A stretch of DNA of 21,443 nt. Origin: Octopus sinensis (lineage: Eukaryota). Of this stretch, positions 20,272-21,443 are shown one piece after another (the first letter of the stretch is position 1; every line of letters starts with the position of its first letter). The notes beneath the pieces are model-generated. The model saw only the letters and a program-made list of their open reading frames with translations. It ran no database searches and was not told where the DNA came from. The stretch is taken from contig NW_021823782.1 in NCBI RefSeq assembly GCF_006345805.1, forward strand, positions 1-21,443, written 5' to 3'. The translations under genes and the position numbers were made by a program.

Positions 20272-20430
20272 ATCATCATCATCGTCGTCGTCGTTGTCGT
20301 CGTTGTCTTCGTAATCATTATCGCCACCATCATCATTACCATTTTCGTTGTTGTTGTTGTTGTGTTGTGGTTGTGGTGGTGGTGGTGGTGGTGGTGGTGG
20401 TGGTGGTAGTGGTGGTGGTAGTGGTGGGTA
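19829..20430. repeat. Compound triplet repeat (ATT/CAT/CAC/GTC/GTT/GGT)
   Basis: Directly visible. Confidence 0.95.
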
Positions 20431-20593
20431 CTATAATATTTTGCAGCAGCTTAAATAATTTCTTCTTTCACGAATTTTTACTTCAAGCAAGCATGGCATG
20501 CAATTTCAAACGTCTTCTTTTTTTCATTTTGTGTATTCAATAAGTGTATTCGGGTGTGCCAAGCATTATTGTTGGGACGCATTTGTTTATAGG

Positions 20594-21200
20594 CATGCAT
20601 GTATGTATGTATGTATGTATGTATGTATGTATGTATGTATGTATGCATGTATGTATGTACGTATGTATGTATGTATGTATGTATGTATGTATGTATGTAT
20701 GTATGTATGTATGTATGTATGTATGCATGTATGTATGTAGCTGATGCATGTATGTATGTATGTATGTATGTATGTATGCATGTATGTATGTATGCATGTA
20801 TGCATGTATGTATGTATGTATGTATGTATGTATGTATGTATGTATGCATGTATGTATGTATGTATGTATGTATGTATGTATGTATGTATGTACGTACGTA
20901 TGTATGTATGTATGTATGTATGTATGTATGTATGTATGTATGTACGTATGTATGTATGTATGTATGTATGTATGTATGTATGTATGTATGTATGTATGTA
21001 TGTATGTATGTATGTATGTATGTATGTATGTATGTATGTATGCATGTATGCATGTATGTATGTATGTATGTATGTATGTTTGTATTATGTATGTATGTAT
21101 GTATGTATGTGTGTATGTATGTATGTATGCATGCATGTAAGTATGTATGTAGGTATGTGTGTGCATGTATGCATGCATTTATGTATGTGTGTATGTATGT
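20594..21200. repeat. ~600-bp (TATG)n tetranucleotide array
   Basis: Directly visible, with TGCA and TACG variant units. Confidence 0.98.
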
Positions 21201-21367
21201 AAATATGTGTGCATGTTCGTATATACATATGCGTACAAACAGATATATGTATACACACCACACACATGTATAGAATTTGATCAAGCTATTTCCGTCATTT
21301 ATGACTTTATATCTATCTATCTTTCTATCAATCTTTCTAGCTAGCTAGCTATTTATCTATCTTACCT

Positions 21368-21443
21368 ATATATAATATATATATATCATATATATATAAA
21401 TTATATATAATATATATATATATATATTTATATATACACATAT
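21368..21443. repeat. (TA)n microsatellite running off the window end
   Basis: Directly visible. Confidence 0.95.

Overview
This is a eukaryotic, AT-rich, very repeat-dense window with no protein-coding gene I can support. The SINE families and microsatellite density match my recollection of Octopus/coleoid cephalopod DNA; that is an inference, not a database result. It contains: (1) about 13 pieces of tRNA-derived SINEs from at least four families, labelled A-D here for convenience, some nested or modular; (2) four decayed pieces of restriction-like-endonuclease (RLE) non-LTR retrotransposons resembling the R4/Dong clade, three of them stacked head-to-tail at 12290-14723; (3) a probable L1/Tx1-like LINE 3' end; (4) an internally deleted mariner; (5) two copies of an unclassified ~480-bp (TAA)n-associated repeat; (6) many di-, tri- and tetranucleotide microsatellites, which account for almost all ORFs in the supplied track. 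I cannot support a new multi-gene system. The best leads are a minimal hammerhead-ribozyme-like motif at 2554-2591 inside a (TA)n-flanked Penelope-like module, the unclassified 480-bp element, SINE domain shuffling and nesting, three same-orientation YY1-type motifs with a possible core promoter near 9274-9327, and two small candidate + strand exons at 18743 and 19078.
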